Origin: Peptococcia bacterium
GTDB taxonomy: Bacteria > Bacillota > Peptococcia > DRI-13 > DTU073
Direction of reading: 5' to 3'
Length of the DNA: 64,000 nucleotides
NCBI GenBank assembly: GCA_050951585.1
Contig: JBMNJI010000001.1
Coordinates: 40 to 64,039, forward strand
Shown: positions 42,525 through 51,807 of the stretch, piece after piece
Layout: each line of letters begins with the position of its first letter
Numbering within the stretch: the stretch's first letter is position 1
Notes under the pieces: generated by a model
What the model saw: the letters and a program-made list of their open reading frames with translations, nothing else
Told to the model about the DNA's origin: nothing
Database searches by the model: none
Translations under genes and position numbers: made by a program

Positions 42525-45407
42525 TTACCGTAAATTAAGAGGCATGGGGGCGGTGTAGATATCATCATACATATCGCCCCAAATTTTCACTGTCTTTAGC
42601 TTGCAGATGTAAAGGCCGTTTTTACCGGCGTATTCGACGCGAATGCGCACCGTATAATCGCCGTCTTTGTCATCGGGGCTGGTGTAATGCTTCCTTTCAT
42701 AGATGGTTTCGCCATCCTTAAAGGTATAACGGGTGGCCGGTAACATCCAGGTACATGGGCCTGTTTTGTCAGCGCGGCCGGAGACTTGCTCCATTTCGAC
42801 GGATTTGACAAATTTGTAGTTGGGATCATAGAATTCGGCGATCACCCGGGTCGGTCCTGCATAGGTGCCGCCAATGGGCCGGGCGGTATCCCCGAGACCG
42901 TCAGGCACTTTCGTTTCCCAGTCGTTTTGGTAGTTGGTTACTACGGTGACTTCAAAGCCGTAACCGGCCCGGGTAATCTCGTTAGGGTCAACCGGGGTGC
43001 GCAGTTTTTTGGAGAGCTCCTCGGCATAAGGGATGATTTCCCAGGAACCACGGCTTTCCCGGTCGCTTTTTTTCGGGTTTTTAGGGTCAGTGGGAATACC
43101 TTGTTTCGTATTAACGCTGACATCAAATTCGAGAGACTCGTTGTAGGTAACAGTAACGGGTTCCCAAATCGGATTATTATAGTCTGTCACTGTGCGCGTA
43201 ACAGTGCGTGTAATAGGATTACCGTTTTCATCTGTCCCGTCAGTCACCGTATCATGGACGGTTCTGGTATGATAGCCGGTAATAATGTGGTAAGTCACAT
43301 CCCAACTGGCGTGGTCTAAGGGTTCACTGCAACTCCGCTGAATATGTTTATTCACCGTAATATATCTTTCCATAAAGTTGTTCGCTCTGTTTTCATCGGG
43401 AATCAACTGGGCCGGATCGGCAATGACGGCAAGATTAACGATATCTTCGCGGTCGGGAGCACGCCAGGCAAAGGAAAGAGTCTTCGTTTCTCCCAAGGCA
43501 AAGGAGACTTTTTCTTCCCGAATTACTTTGCCGTCTTCCTGCCACTCGATTAAGGCTTCCGGGATCGCTTGCCCCGTATTATTCGCAATGACGGTTTCGA
43601 TATTTTGCACTTTTCCGGCGTCGGTAGGGGTAACGACCGCAAGGGAGATTACCGCCAGATCGTGCGTATTCTTGTTAAGCTCAAGGGCGGCAGTGTTATC
43701 CAGGCGGGGCTTGATTTCCGCGGTGATTTCCTCAGGATGCCCTTCGGGATTGATGGTCGCTTGATAGAGCAAACTGCCTGATGGAGGCACTTCAACCGTC
43801 CAAGGGGCAACAGTTTGTGTTTCACCGGCGGCGAGGGTAACGGTGCCGCCGGGAATAACGGCTCCGTCCGGGGTGGTAAGGATGATGGGGATATTTGTAT
43901 AGTCTTCCGTGGAGGTATTTTCAACCGTGAAGCGGAAAGTCACTTTTTCCCCTGGCGCATATTCTTTATCTTCGGCTGCTTCTAAAGAAACCGCTTTAAA
44001 GTTGAGCGGCTTTTCCGCTTGATAGGCATGCATGATGCCTTGTCCATCCGTAATCAAGAGGTAGGAGTCGGCGATAACCATCTCCGGAGAGACACTACCC
44101 GCATCGACCGGAAAGAGCTGGGCCGCTTCTTTGACTGCGTTTTCCTTTTTATCATAGAACCAGGGCACCGGCTCCAGTGTTTCGCCATCTAAGACCCAGG
44201 CCGTGCCATCATAGGCAAAGACAAAAACATAATCCTGCTCCGCTTCCGGTGACGGTTTCCAGTAGAGCAGATTGGATTTGAGGATGGAATTGAAGGGACG
44301 GACCCTGTGGGTAAGGCCTGTTTCTTTATCCACGGCGATCACTGCCCCCGGCCCGCCGTAGGAGTAGTTGTTGTAATGCTGTAGCGGCAGGTAAATGTAT
44401 TTACTGCCGATGACCGGCGACATGATGTTGTAGCTGTTAAGCGGGCGGTTGAAGTCGAAATCTCCGGGCTCCTCGGGGTTTACCCATACACGATTAATTT
44501 CGTGTTCGCTTTTATTTAATATTTATAAATGCAACCTCCTCTATCGGCTACATAGATGTAATTTTCTTCTGCTGCGGGGGAACCAGGAACGCCTAAGTTG
44601 ACGTTAGTGTTTATTAAGGTAAATGTATTTTTGTCAGGTAAATATCTGATAAGCAGTGATTCTTTGTTTTGTGTGTTTTCAGTTCCTACTATCATCCCAT
44701 TATGAAAGATGGGAGAGCCTGTTACTTCTCCATCCATATGTCCTCTAAAAGCAAGCTTTGCTTTGAAGCCTAAATCCTGAACAACAAAAAAGCCGTTATC
44801 AGCGTACTGCCCGGGCAACCCTGTAGCATCTCCATTTGCGGTTCCAATGGCTATATATGTCCGATGATTATGAATAAAGACAAAGGGACTGGCGGTTACA
44901 CGATATCTTTTTTGGTAACTATCACCGTTTTCGATCAGTTGTCAGAATTAACGGTTGGTCCCAAATAGGGTTGAATGTAACAGGATCTATTGCCCAGAGC
45001 CGATGGTCACGGGTAGCCTGATAGATTCGCGGTGCATGAGTAGTTTCCGCATAAGTCGGTGAAGAACCGGAAGGCAGCTCATGCTGGTTTACGGTGATAC
45101 GACCAAGGATATTGCCATCTTCCAGTGAGAGCTTTACTAGGTCTTTTCCGGCCTGAACGTAGATATGACCATCAACCACAATGGGTTGGCTATTCACTTT
45201 CCCTTGTAAATTACATGTCCAGGCTTCGTGAAAGGGCAGTCCTGTTTCCGTAAAACTGTCTTTAATTTGCCTGGAATTGTATTCATCAATCGCAAAGCGA
45301 GGTGCAGCAGCAAAAGCCGGCAATGTATTTGCCGGCAAGATGCTTGTTAGGATATAGAACATTATTAATATTAATGCCGATAGTTTATGGAATCGATGTA
45401 GCTTCAT
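42525..45407 (-). pseudogene. disrupted paralog of the 959-aa secreted beta-propeller/CARDB-like protein (two frameshifts)
   Basis: Three consecutive ORFs (44922-45407, 44516-44818, 42525-44423) are collinear with the N-terminal, middle and C-terminal parts of the intact gene at 48928-51807. There is one extra base near 44933 and one missing base near 44517-44525. The first and third ORFs share a frame and the middle one is shifted. Confidence 0.9.
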
Positions 45408-46234
45408 TAATTATTACCCCCTCGCAGGTAAGCAGCCCATTCTTCCGGTGTTAATAGTTTCCGATTATTCCCCGGCTTTTCGTTAATCTCTACTTTTCTT
45501 TCCCCCTCAATCCAGTCAACCTTAAAATCAAGAGCTTCAGACAAAGCCCGTAATGGCAGAAGGGTTCGGTTATTTTCAATAACCGGAGCGACGTCGGAAG
45601 TCTTTAATTCGTCGATTAAGCCTGTGATAACCCGAAAGTTATTTTCCCCGATACGAAAGACGATCGTTTTACCGGCACGGTCCGTAGCGGTTACGGTACG
45701 CTCTTCCTCATTCCATTTTACTTCTGCCTGGACATCCGGATGTTCGAAGATGGCCCGGAGCGGCACCATTGTCCGTCCTTGAATGATAATCGGCTTTTGA
45801 TCAGGGAAATCCACTTGCTTACCATTAATGAAAACACTTACTTCAGCAGCAATTGGGGCAGGTTGCACAGAATCTTCGGGGAATTGATAATTCCCACCAA
45901 CATGCTGGATTACCCCACCATATTTTGCCCATTTGGTATTTTCAATTGGGACGCCATTGACGTGGGTTATGCGACGAATATATGTCTGATTTGTAGTCCA
46001 TATACCTTTTAATGTTATTTCTATTGCTTCATCTACTGTTATATCAGGATAATTATATATTGCAAAGGTTCCTGTTCCTTTCATACCATTAGCATGCCAA
46101 AACTCCAGAGTATAATCTGCAATTTTATATCTTTCCACCACATCCTCATACCCGGGCAAGACAGCCCAAGTTCCTGTTGTTCCCGCTATTGTCAATATAA
46201 AGGCAAACAGTAAGCCTATTGCGGCTTTTTTCAT
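45407..46234 (-). CDS. secreted protein: unknown N-terminal domain plus copper amine oxidase N-terminal-like domain (paralog P1, full length)
   Basis: Signal peptide MKKAAIGLLFAFILTIAGTTGTWA. The C-terminal half (VFINGKQVDFPDQKPIIIQGRTMVPLRAIFE...VAPVIENNRTLLPLRALSEALDFKVDW) is the Cu_amine_oxidN1 fold repeat. Its stop overlaps the start of the downstream large (pseudo)gene. Confidence 0.85.
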   Translation of the reverse strand: MKKAAIGLLFAFILTIAGTTGTWAVLPGYEDVVERYKIADYTLEFWHANGMKGTGTFAIYNYPDITVDEAIEITLKGIWTTNQTYIRRITHVNGVPIENTKWAKYGGVIQHVGGNYQFPEDSVQPAPIAAEVSVFINGKQVDFPDQKPIIIQGRTMVPLRAIFEHPDVQAEVKWNEEERTVTATDRAGKTIVFRIGENNFRVITGLIDELKTSDVAPVIENNRTLLPLRALSEALDFKVDWIEGERKVEINEKPGNNRKLLTPEEWAAYLRGGNN

Positions 46235-46270
46235 TATCGAATACCCCCTTAAACTGATACTACTTCTACT

Positions 46271-46299
46271 ATTTTACAGAAATATAGTATTAATTACAA
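46271..46299 (-). promoter_or_regulatory. conserved sigma-A-type promoter of P1
   Basis: On the minus strand, TTGTAA, a 17-nt spacer, then TAAAAT. The 5' UTR and the RBS aaggggg are conserved. The same block recurs upstream of P2, P3 and P4. Confidence 0.55.
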
Positions 46300-46426
46300 C
46301 CTTTTCTAAAATCAGCCATCATGCATAAAACCTGCATATAACATATCTCTTAAACATATTTCACCCATCATCATGCCGTTTCATTAATTCTTCATGGGAC
46401 ATGAGTTTAGAGCCGTTGTAGGGCAT

Positions 46427-46486
46427 GCTGGTGACATGGATGGTATTTATACTCACGTGGTAATAAATTCTTTAGACCAGTATACG
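46427..46486 (+). pseudogene. ~55-nt relic of the DUF234 ATPase gene fused to the 3' end of P2
   Basis: ctggtgacatggatggtatttatactcacgtggtaataaattctttagaccagtatacgcc aligns with nt ~48497-48556 inside the ATPase gene (ccggcgacatggatggtatttatactcacgtggtaaaaaactctttagatcagtttacatcc). Confidence 0.8.
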
Positions 46487-47251
46487 CCCCGGCTTTTCGT
46501 TAATCTCTACTTTTCTTTCCCCCTCAATCCAGTCAACCTTAAAATCAAGAGCTTCAGACAAAGCCCGTAATGGCAGAAGGGTTCGGTTATTTTCAATAAC
46601 CGGAGCGACATCGGAAGTCTTTAATTCGTCGATTAAGCCTGTGATAACCCGAAAGTTATTTTCCCCGATACGAAAGACGATCGTTTTACCGGCACGGTCC
46701 GTAGCGGTTACGGTACGCTCTTCCTCATTCCATTTTACTTCTGCCTGGACATCCGGATGTTCGAAGATGGCCCGGAGCGGCACCATTGTCCGTCCTTGAA
46801 TGATAATCGGCTTTTGATCAGGGAACTCCACTTGCTTACCATTAATGAAAACACTTACTTCAGCAGCAATTGGGGCAGGTTGCACAGAATCTTCGGGGAA
46901 TTGATAATTCCCACCAACATGCTGGATTACCCCGCCATATTTTGCCCATTTGGTATTTTCAATGGGCACTCCATTGACGTGGGTTATGCGACGAATATCT
47001 TTTTGATTTGTAGTCCATATACCTTTTAATGTTATTTCTATTGCTTCATCTACTGTTATATCAGGATAATTATATATTGCAAAGGTTCCTGTTCCTTTCA
47101 TACCATTAGCATGCCAAAACTCCAAGGTATAATCTGCGATTTTATAACTTTCCACCACATCCTCATATCCGGGCAAGACAGCCCAAGTCCCCGTCGTTCC
47201 CGCTATTGTCAAAATAAAGGCAAACAGTAATCCTATTGCGGCTTTTTTCAT
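46472..47251 (-). CDS. copper amine oxidase N-domain secreted protein, paralog P2 (C-terminus replaced by fusion junction)
   Basis: Nearly identical to P1 until ...VEINEKPG. It then reads into the ATPase relic (RILV*) and loses the last ~20 aa found in P1 and P3. Confidence 0.7.
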   Translation of the reverse strand: MKKAAIGLLFAFILTIAGTTGTWAVLPGYEDVVESYKIADYTLEFWHANGMKGTGTFAIYNYPDITVDEAIEITLKGIWTTNQKDIRRITHVNGVPIENTKWAKYGGVIQHVGGNYQFPEDSVQPAPIAAEVSVFINGKQVEFPDQKPIIIQGRTMVPLRAIFEHPDVQAEVKWNEEERTVTATDRAGKTIVFRIGENNFRVITGLIDELKTSDVAPVIENNRTLLPLRALSEALDFKVDWIEGERKVEINEKPGRILV

Positions 47252-47288
47252 TATAGAATACCCCCCTTAAACTGATACTACTTCTACT

Positions 47289-47317
47289 ATTTTACAGAAA
47301 TATAGTAATAATTTCAA
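47289..47317 (-). promoter_or_regulatory. conserved promoter of P2
   Basis: On the minus strand, TTGAAA, a 17-nt spacer, then TAAAAT, in the same conserved upstream block as P1. Confidence 0.5.
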
Positions 47318-47420
47318 CCTTTTCTAAAATAGCCATCATGCAAACGCATACTTAGTTTAAGCTCATCATCATGCCGTTTCATTAATTCTTCATGGATCAT
47401 GAGCTTTGAGCCTTTTGCGC

Positions 47421-47450
47421 TTGACGGCAGGTAATTAATGTACATATAAT
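47421..47450 (+). promoter_or_regulatory. near-consensus sigma-A promoter of the DUF234 ATPase gene
   Basis: TTGACG (47421-47426), an 18-nt spacer, then TATAAT (47445-47450). A 9-bp inverted repeat tatcaaatc (47454-47462) / gatttgata (47480-47488) lies between the -10 element and the RBS aaggagg. Confidence 0.6.
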
Positions 47451-47510
47451 TTTTATCAAATCAAGATTATACTAAACACGATTTGATAAAAGCCAAGGAG
47501 GCCGGTTCAG

Positions 47511-48920
47511 ATGTTTATCGGCAGAGAGAATGAGCTGAATTTTTTGGAGAACAAATACCTCTCCCAAGGTGGTCAACTTATTGTGATGTATGGCCGCCGC
47601 CGTGTTGGGAAGACCGAAACCTTGCGTAAATTTTGCGAAGGAAAAAGCCATGTCTTCTATTCCTGTACAGAATGTACAGACGAACAGCAACTCAAAGCCT
47701 TTAGTAGCAGGATGCTCATGGCGAATGTTCCGGCGGCCAAATATGTCCGGGAGTTTTCAGACTGGGAGCAGGCGCTTGCTTGTGTGTCTGAATTGCCCGC
47801 GGAAAGGAAAAAACTGCTGGTTATTGACGAGTTTCCCTATATGATAAAAAATAATGCTTCCATCCCTTCCATACTGCAAAAATTATGGGATGAGAAGCTA
47901 AAAGATGAAAATGTGATGATTATTCTCTGTGGTAGCGCCATGTCTTTTATCGAAAACGAAATCTTAGCAGAAAAGAACCCCTTATACGGAAGAGCTACCG
48001 GTATCCTAAAAATGAGCGAAATGAATTTCTATGAGGCGATTCAATTCTTCCCTCATTACTCATTATTGGATCAGATTCATGCTTATGCCATCTTAGGGGG
48101 CATCCCGCACTATTTAAAACAGTTTGACGATGAGCAATCACTGGAGGAAAATATCAAGGCCAATATTCTACAAAGAGGGAGCATCCTTTATTCCGAAGTG
48201 GAATTTCTGATGCGACAGGAGTTACGTGAGACCACTGTCTACAACACCATTATTGGAGCGGTTGCTTTAGGAAATACGAAGCTTAATGATATTTACCAAA
48301 AAACACAGATAGAAAAAAGCAAGCTGGCGGTGTATCTGAAAAACCTCATGTCTCTTGGGATTATCGAAAGGGAATTTCCCGTTTCCGATGGTCTTAAAAA
48401 TCAGGCAAATATCCAAAGAGGGTTATACCGGATTACCGATCACTTTTTCCGTTTTTGGTATGCTTTCGTTTTCCCCAATATCTCGGAGCTGGAAGCCGGC
48501 GACATGGATGGTATTTATACTCACGTGGTAAAAAACTCTTTAGATCAGTTTACATCCGGTATCTTTGAGTTGATTTGCCGCGAATATTTACGCCGTCAAA
48601 ACAGACAAGGAAAGCTTCCTTTTCGTTTTACCAAAATCGGGCGCTGGTGGAACAAGACAGATGAACTTGATATCATGGCAACTGATCTGGAGATGACTAA
48701 TTTTCTCTTAGGCGAATGTAAATTTAAAAATAGTGTCTTTAATTTGCATGATCTAAACAATATGTTATTCAAATTCAAGCCAGGTAAACAGACAGCTAAA
48801 GTCTATTACTATCTTTTTTCCAAAAGTGGCTTTAGCGAGGAGCTTATAAATGCTGTTGAAGGGCAAAAAAGTGGGTATAAAAATATTAGGCTGGTGACAT
48901 TGGAGCAATTGATGGAATAA
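47511..48920 (+). CDS. P-loop ATPase, archaeal-type ATPase domain plus DUF234-like C-terminus
   Basis: 469 aa. MFIGRENELNFLENKY...LIVMYGRRRVGKTETL (Walker A), LLVIDEFPYM (Walker B) and the C-terminal ...IGRWWNKTDELDIMA... region are typical of the Arch_ATPase/DUF234 family. Confidence 0.85.
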   Translation: MFIGRENELNFLENKYLSQGGQLIVMYGRRRVGKTETLRKFCEGKSHVFYSCTECTDEQQLKAFSSRMLMANVPAAKYVREFSDWEQALACVSELPAERKKLLVIDEFPYMIKNNASIPSILQKLWDEKLKDENVMIILCGSAMSFIENEILAEKNPLYGRATGILKMSEMNFYEAIQFFPHYSLLDQIHAYAILGGIPHYLKQFDDEQSLEENIKANILQRGSILYSEVEFLMRQELRETTVYNTIIGAVALGNTKLNDIYQKTQIEKSKLAVYLKNLMSLGIIEREFPVSDGLKNQANIQRGLYRITDHFFRFWYAFVFPNISELEAGDMDGIYTHVVKNSLDQFTSGIFELICREYLRRQNRQGKLPFRFTKIGRWWNKTDELDIMATDLEMTNFLLGECKFKNSVFNLHDLNNMLFKFKPGKQTAKVYYYLFSKSGFSEELINAVEGQKSGYKNIRLVTLEQLME

Positions 48921-48927
48921 CCTCGTT

Positions 48928-51807
48928 TTACCGTAAATCAAGGGGCAGAGGTGCGGTGTAGATATCATCATACATATCGCCCCAGATTTTCACCGTCTTT
49001 AGCTTGCAGATGTAAAGGCCGTTTTTACCGGCGTATTCGACGCGAATGCGCACCGTATAATCGCCGTCTTTGTCGTCGGGGCTGGTGTAATGCTTCCTTT
49101 CATAGATGGTTTCGCCATCCTTAAAGGTATAACGGGTGGCCGGTAACATCCAGGTGCACTCGCCCGTTTTGTCAGCGCGGCCGGAGACTTGCTCCATTTC
49201 GACGGATTTGACAAATTTGTAGTTGGGATCATAGAATTCGGCAATCACCCGGGTCGGTCCTTCATAGGTGCCGCCAATGGGCCGGGCGGTATCCTCGAGC
49301 CCGTCAGGCACTTTCGTTTCCCAGTCGTTTTGGTAGTTGGTTACTACGGTGACTTCAAAGCCGTAACCGGCTCGGGTAATCTCGTTAGGGTCAACCGGGG
49401 TGCGCAGTTTTTTGGAGAGCTCCTCGGCATAAGGGATGATTTCCCAGGAACCACGGCTTTCCCGGTCGCTTTTTTTCGGGTTTTTAGGGTCAGTGGGAAT
49501 ACCTTGTTTCGTATTAACGCTGACATCAAATTCGAGAGACTCGTTGTAGGTAACAGTAACGGGTTCCCAAATGGGATTATTATAGTCCGTAACCTGGCGC
49601 GACACCCTTTGGGTAATCGGGGCGCCGTTTTCATCCGTTCCCACAGTTACCGTATCATAGACTGTTCTGGTATGATAGCCGGTAATAATGTGGTAAGTCA
49701 CATCCCAACTGGCTCTGTCTAAGGGTTCTTTGCAACTCCGCTCGACATGTTTATTCACCGTAATATATCTTTCCATAAAGTTGTTCGCTCTGTTTTCATC
49801 GGGAATCAGCTGGGCCGGATCGGCAATGACGGCTAGATTGACGATATCTTCACGGTCGGGAGCACGCCAGGCAAAGGAAAGAGTTTTGCTTTCCCCCAAG
49901 GCAAAGGAGACTTTTTCTTCCCGAATTACTTTGCCGTCTTCCTGCCACTCGATTAAGGCTTCCGGGATCGCTTGCCCCGTATTATTCGCAATGACGGTTT
50001 CGATATTTTGCACTTTTCCGGCGTCGGTAGGGGAAACTACCGCAAGGGAGATTACCGCCAGATCGTGCGTATTTTTGTTAAGCTCGAGTGCGGCCGTGTT
50101 ATCGAGGCGGGGCTTGATTTCCGCGGTGATTTCCTCAGGATGTCCTTCGGGATTGATGGTCGCTTGATAGAGCAGACTGCCTGATGGAGGCACTTCAACC
50201 GTCCAGGGGGATACAGTTTGTGTTTCACCCGCGGCGAGGTCAACGGTGCCGCCGGGAATAACGGCTCCGTCCGGGGTGGTAAGGATAATGGGGATATTTG
50301 TATAGTCTTCCGTGGAGGTATTTTCAACCGTGAAGCGGAAAGTCACTTTTTCTCCCGGGGCATATTCTCTATCTTCGGCTGCTTCTAAAGAAACCGCTTT
50401 AAAGTTGAGCGGCTTTTCTGCTTTATAGGCATGCATGATGCCTTGTCCATCCGTAATCAGGAGGTAGGAGTCGGCGATAACCATCTCCGGAGAGACACTG
50501 CCCGCATCGACCGGAAAGAGCTGGGCCGCTTCTTTGACGACATTTTCTTTTTTATCATAGAACCAGGGCACCGGCTCCAGTGTTTCGCCATCTAAGACCC
50601 AGGCTGTGCCATCATAGGCAAAGACAAAAACATAATCCTGCTCCGCTTCCGGTGACGGCTTCCAGTAGAGCAGATTGGATTTGAGGATGGAATTGAAGGG
50701 GTGGACCCTGTGGGTAAGGCCTGTTTCTTTATCTACGGCAATCACCGCCCCCGGTCCGCCGTTGGAGTAGTTGTTGTAATGCTGTAGCGGCAGGTAAATA
50801 TATTTACTGCCGATCACCGGTGACATGAGGTTGTAGCTGTTAAGCGGGCGGTTGAAGTCAAAATCTCCGGGCTCCTCGGGGTTTTTCCACACACGATTAA
50901 TTTCGTGTTCGTTTTTATTTATATATTTATAAATACAACTTCCCCTATCTGCTACATAGATATAGTTTCCTTCTGCTGCGGGAGAACCTGGAACACCCAA
51001 ATTGACGTTAGTATTTATTAGAGCGAATTTACTTTCTTCGAGTAAATATCTAATAAGTAATGACTCCTTATTTTGACTGTTTTCCGTCCCAATAATCATT
51101 CCATTATGAAAGATAGGCGATCCAGTTACTTCTCCATCCATTTTTTGATTAAGAATACTTACTGCTCGAAATCCTAAATCCTGAATAATAAAGAAACCGT
51201 TATCAGCGTACTGCCCGGGCAACCCAGTAGCATCACCATTTGCGGTTCCTATGGCTATATATGTCCGATGATTATGAATAAAGACAAAGGGACTGGCGGT
51301 TACACGATATCTTTTTTTATAGCTGTCACCGTTCTCGTCAGTAGACAGAATTAACGGTTGGTCCCAAATAGGGGTAAAAGTAGATGGGTCTATTGCCCAG
51401 AGCCGGTGGTCACGGGTAGCCTGATAAATCCGCGGGGCATGAGTGGTTTCTGCATATGTTGGCGATGAACCGGAAGGTAGCTCATGCTGGTTTACGGTGA
51501 TGCGGCCGATAATTTTGCCGTCTTCCAGTGAGAGCTTTACTAGGTCTTTTCCTGCTTGAACGTAGATATATCCATCAACCACAATGGGTTGGCTATTTAC
51601 CTTCCCCTTTAAATCACAGGTCCAGGCTTCGTAAAAGGGCAGCCCTGTTTCCGTAAAACTGTCTTTAATTTGCCTGGAATTGTATTCATCAATCGCAAAG
51701 CGGGGCGCAGCAGCAAAAACCGGCAAGGTATTTGCCGGCAAGATGCTTGTCAGGATATATGCAAATAATATCAATACCGATACGATATGAATTCTACATA
51801 ACCTCAT
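48928..51807 (-). CDS. large secreted protein: signal peptide, PQQ/BamB-like beta-propeller, two CARDB-like Ig domains, unassigned ~330-aa C-terminal domain (intact copy)
   Basis: 959 aa. The N-terminal signal ends ...PVFAAAP. Propeller-like repeats are present (KVNSQPIVVDGYIYVQAGKDLVKLSLEDGKIIG, GSPIFHNGMIIGT, NYIYVADRGSCIYKY, LLITDGQGIMHAY). CARDB-like segments are present (VTFRFTVENTSTEDYTNIPIIL...; DLAVISLAVVSPTDAGKVQNIETVIANNTGQAIPEALIEW...LSFAWRAP...IADPAQLIPDENRANN). I cannot place the C-terminal domain, which ends ...GLYICKLKTVKIWGDMYDDIYTAP. Confidence 0.85.
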   Translation of the reverse strand: MRLCRIHIVSVLILFAYILTSILPANTLPVFAAAPRFAIDEYNSRQIKDSFTETGLPFYEAWTCDLKGKVNSQPIVVDGYIYVQAGKDLVKLSLEDGKIIGRITVNQHELPSGSSPTYAETTHAPRIYQATRDHRLWAIDPSTFTPIWDQPLILSTDENGDSYKKRYRVTASPFVFIHNHRTYIAIGTANGDATGLPGQYADNGFFIIQDLGFRAVSILNQKMDGEVTGSPIFHNGMIIGTENSQNKESLLIRYLLEESKFALINTNVNLGVPGSPAAEGNYIYVADRGSCIYKYINKNEHEINRVWKNPEEPGDFDFNRPLNSYNLMSPVIGSKYIYLPLQHYNNYSNGGPGAVIAVDKETGLTHRVHPFNSILKSNLLYWKPSPEAEQDYVFVFAYDGTAWVLDGETLEPVPWFYDKKENVVKEAAQLFPVDAGSVSPEMVIADSYLLITDGQGIMHAYKAEKPLNFKAVSLEAAEDREYAPGEKVTFRFTVENTSTEDYTNIPIILTTPDGAVIPGGTVDLAAGETQTVSPWTVEVPPSGSLLYQATINPEGHPEEITAEIKPRLDNTAALELNKNTHDLAVISLAVVSPTDAGKVQNIETVIANNTGQAIPEALIEWQEDGKVIREEKVSFALGESKTLSFAWRAPDREDIVNLAVIADPAQLIPDENRANNFMERYITVNKHVERSCKEPLDRASWDVTYHIITGYHTRTVYDTVTVGTDENGAPITQRVSRQVTDYNNPIWEPVTVTYNESLEFDVSVNTKQGIPTDPKNPKKSDRESRGSWEIIPYAEELSKKLRTPVDPNEITRAGYGFEVTVVTNYQNDWETKVPDGLEDTARPIGGTYEGPTRVIAEFYDPNYKFVKSVEMEQVSGRADKTGECTWMLPATRYTFKDGETIYERKHYTSPDDKDGDYTVRIRVEYAGKNGLYICKLKTVKIWGDMYDDIYTAPLPLDLR

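Noticed and set aside
42786-43764. Plus-strand ORFs of 177 and 128 aa, duplicated at 49189-49722 and 49730-50167
   Set aside because: They are antisense to the large secreted-protein genes. They are conserved between the two copies only because the whole repeat is conserved, and their sequences look like off-frame products.
44925-44945. Poly-A/T tract (T6 in copy A, T7 in copy B on the plus strand) as a slipped-strand phase-variation switch of the large gene
   Set aside because: Alignment places the frame-changing indel a few bases away (cgatcag versus cgtcag). The T6/T7 difference is compensated by an adjacent substitution, so the tract is not the cause of the frameshift.
46340-46420. Short conserved minus-strand peptide (M.HEELMKRHDD...) in the leader upstream of the P promoters, also present near 47350-47420 and 52740-52790
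   Set aside because: The three copies have different lengths and stops (13, 28 and 38 codons) and no RBS. It is more likely a decayed remnant or non-coding leader than a gene.
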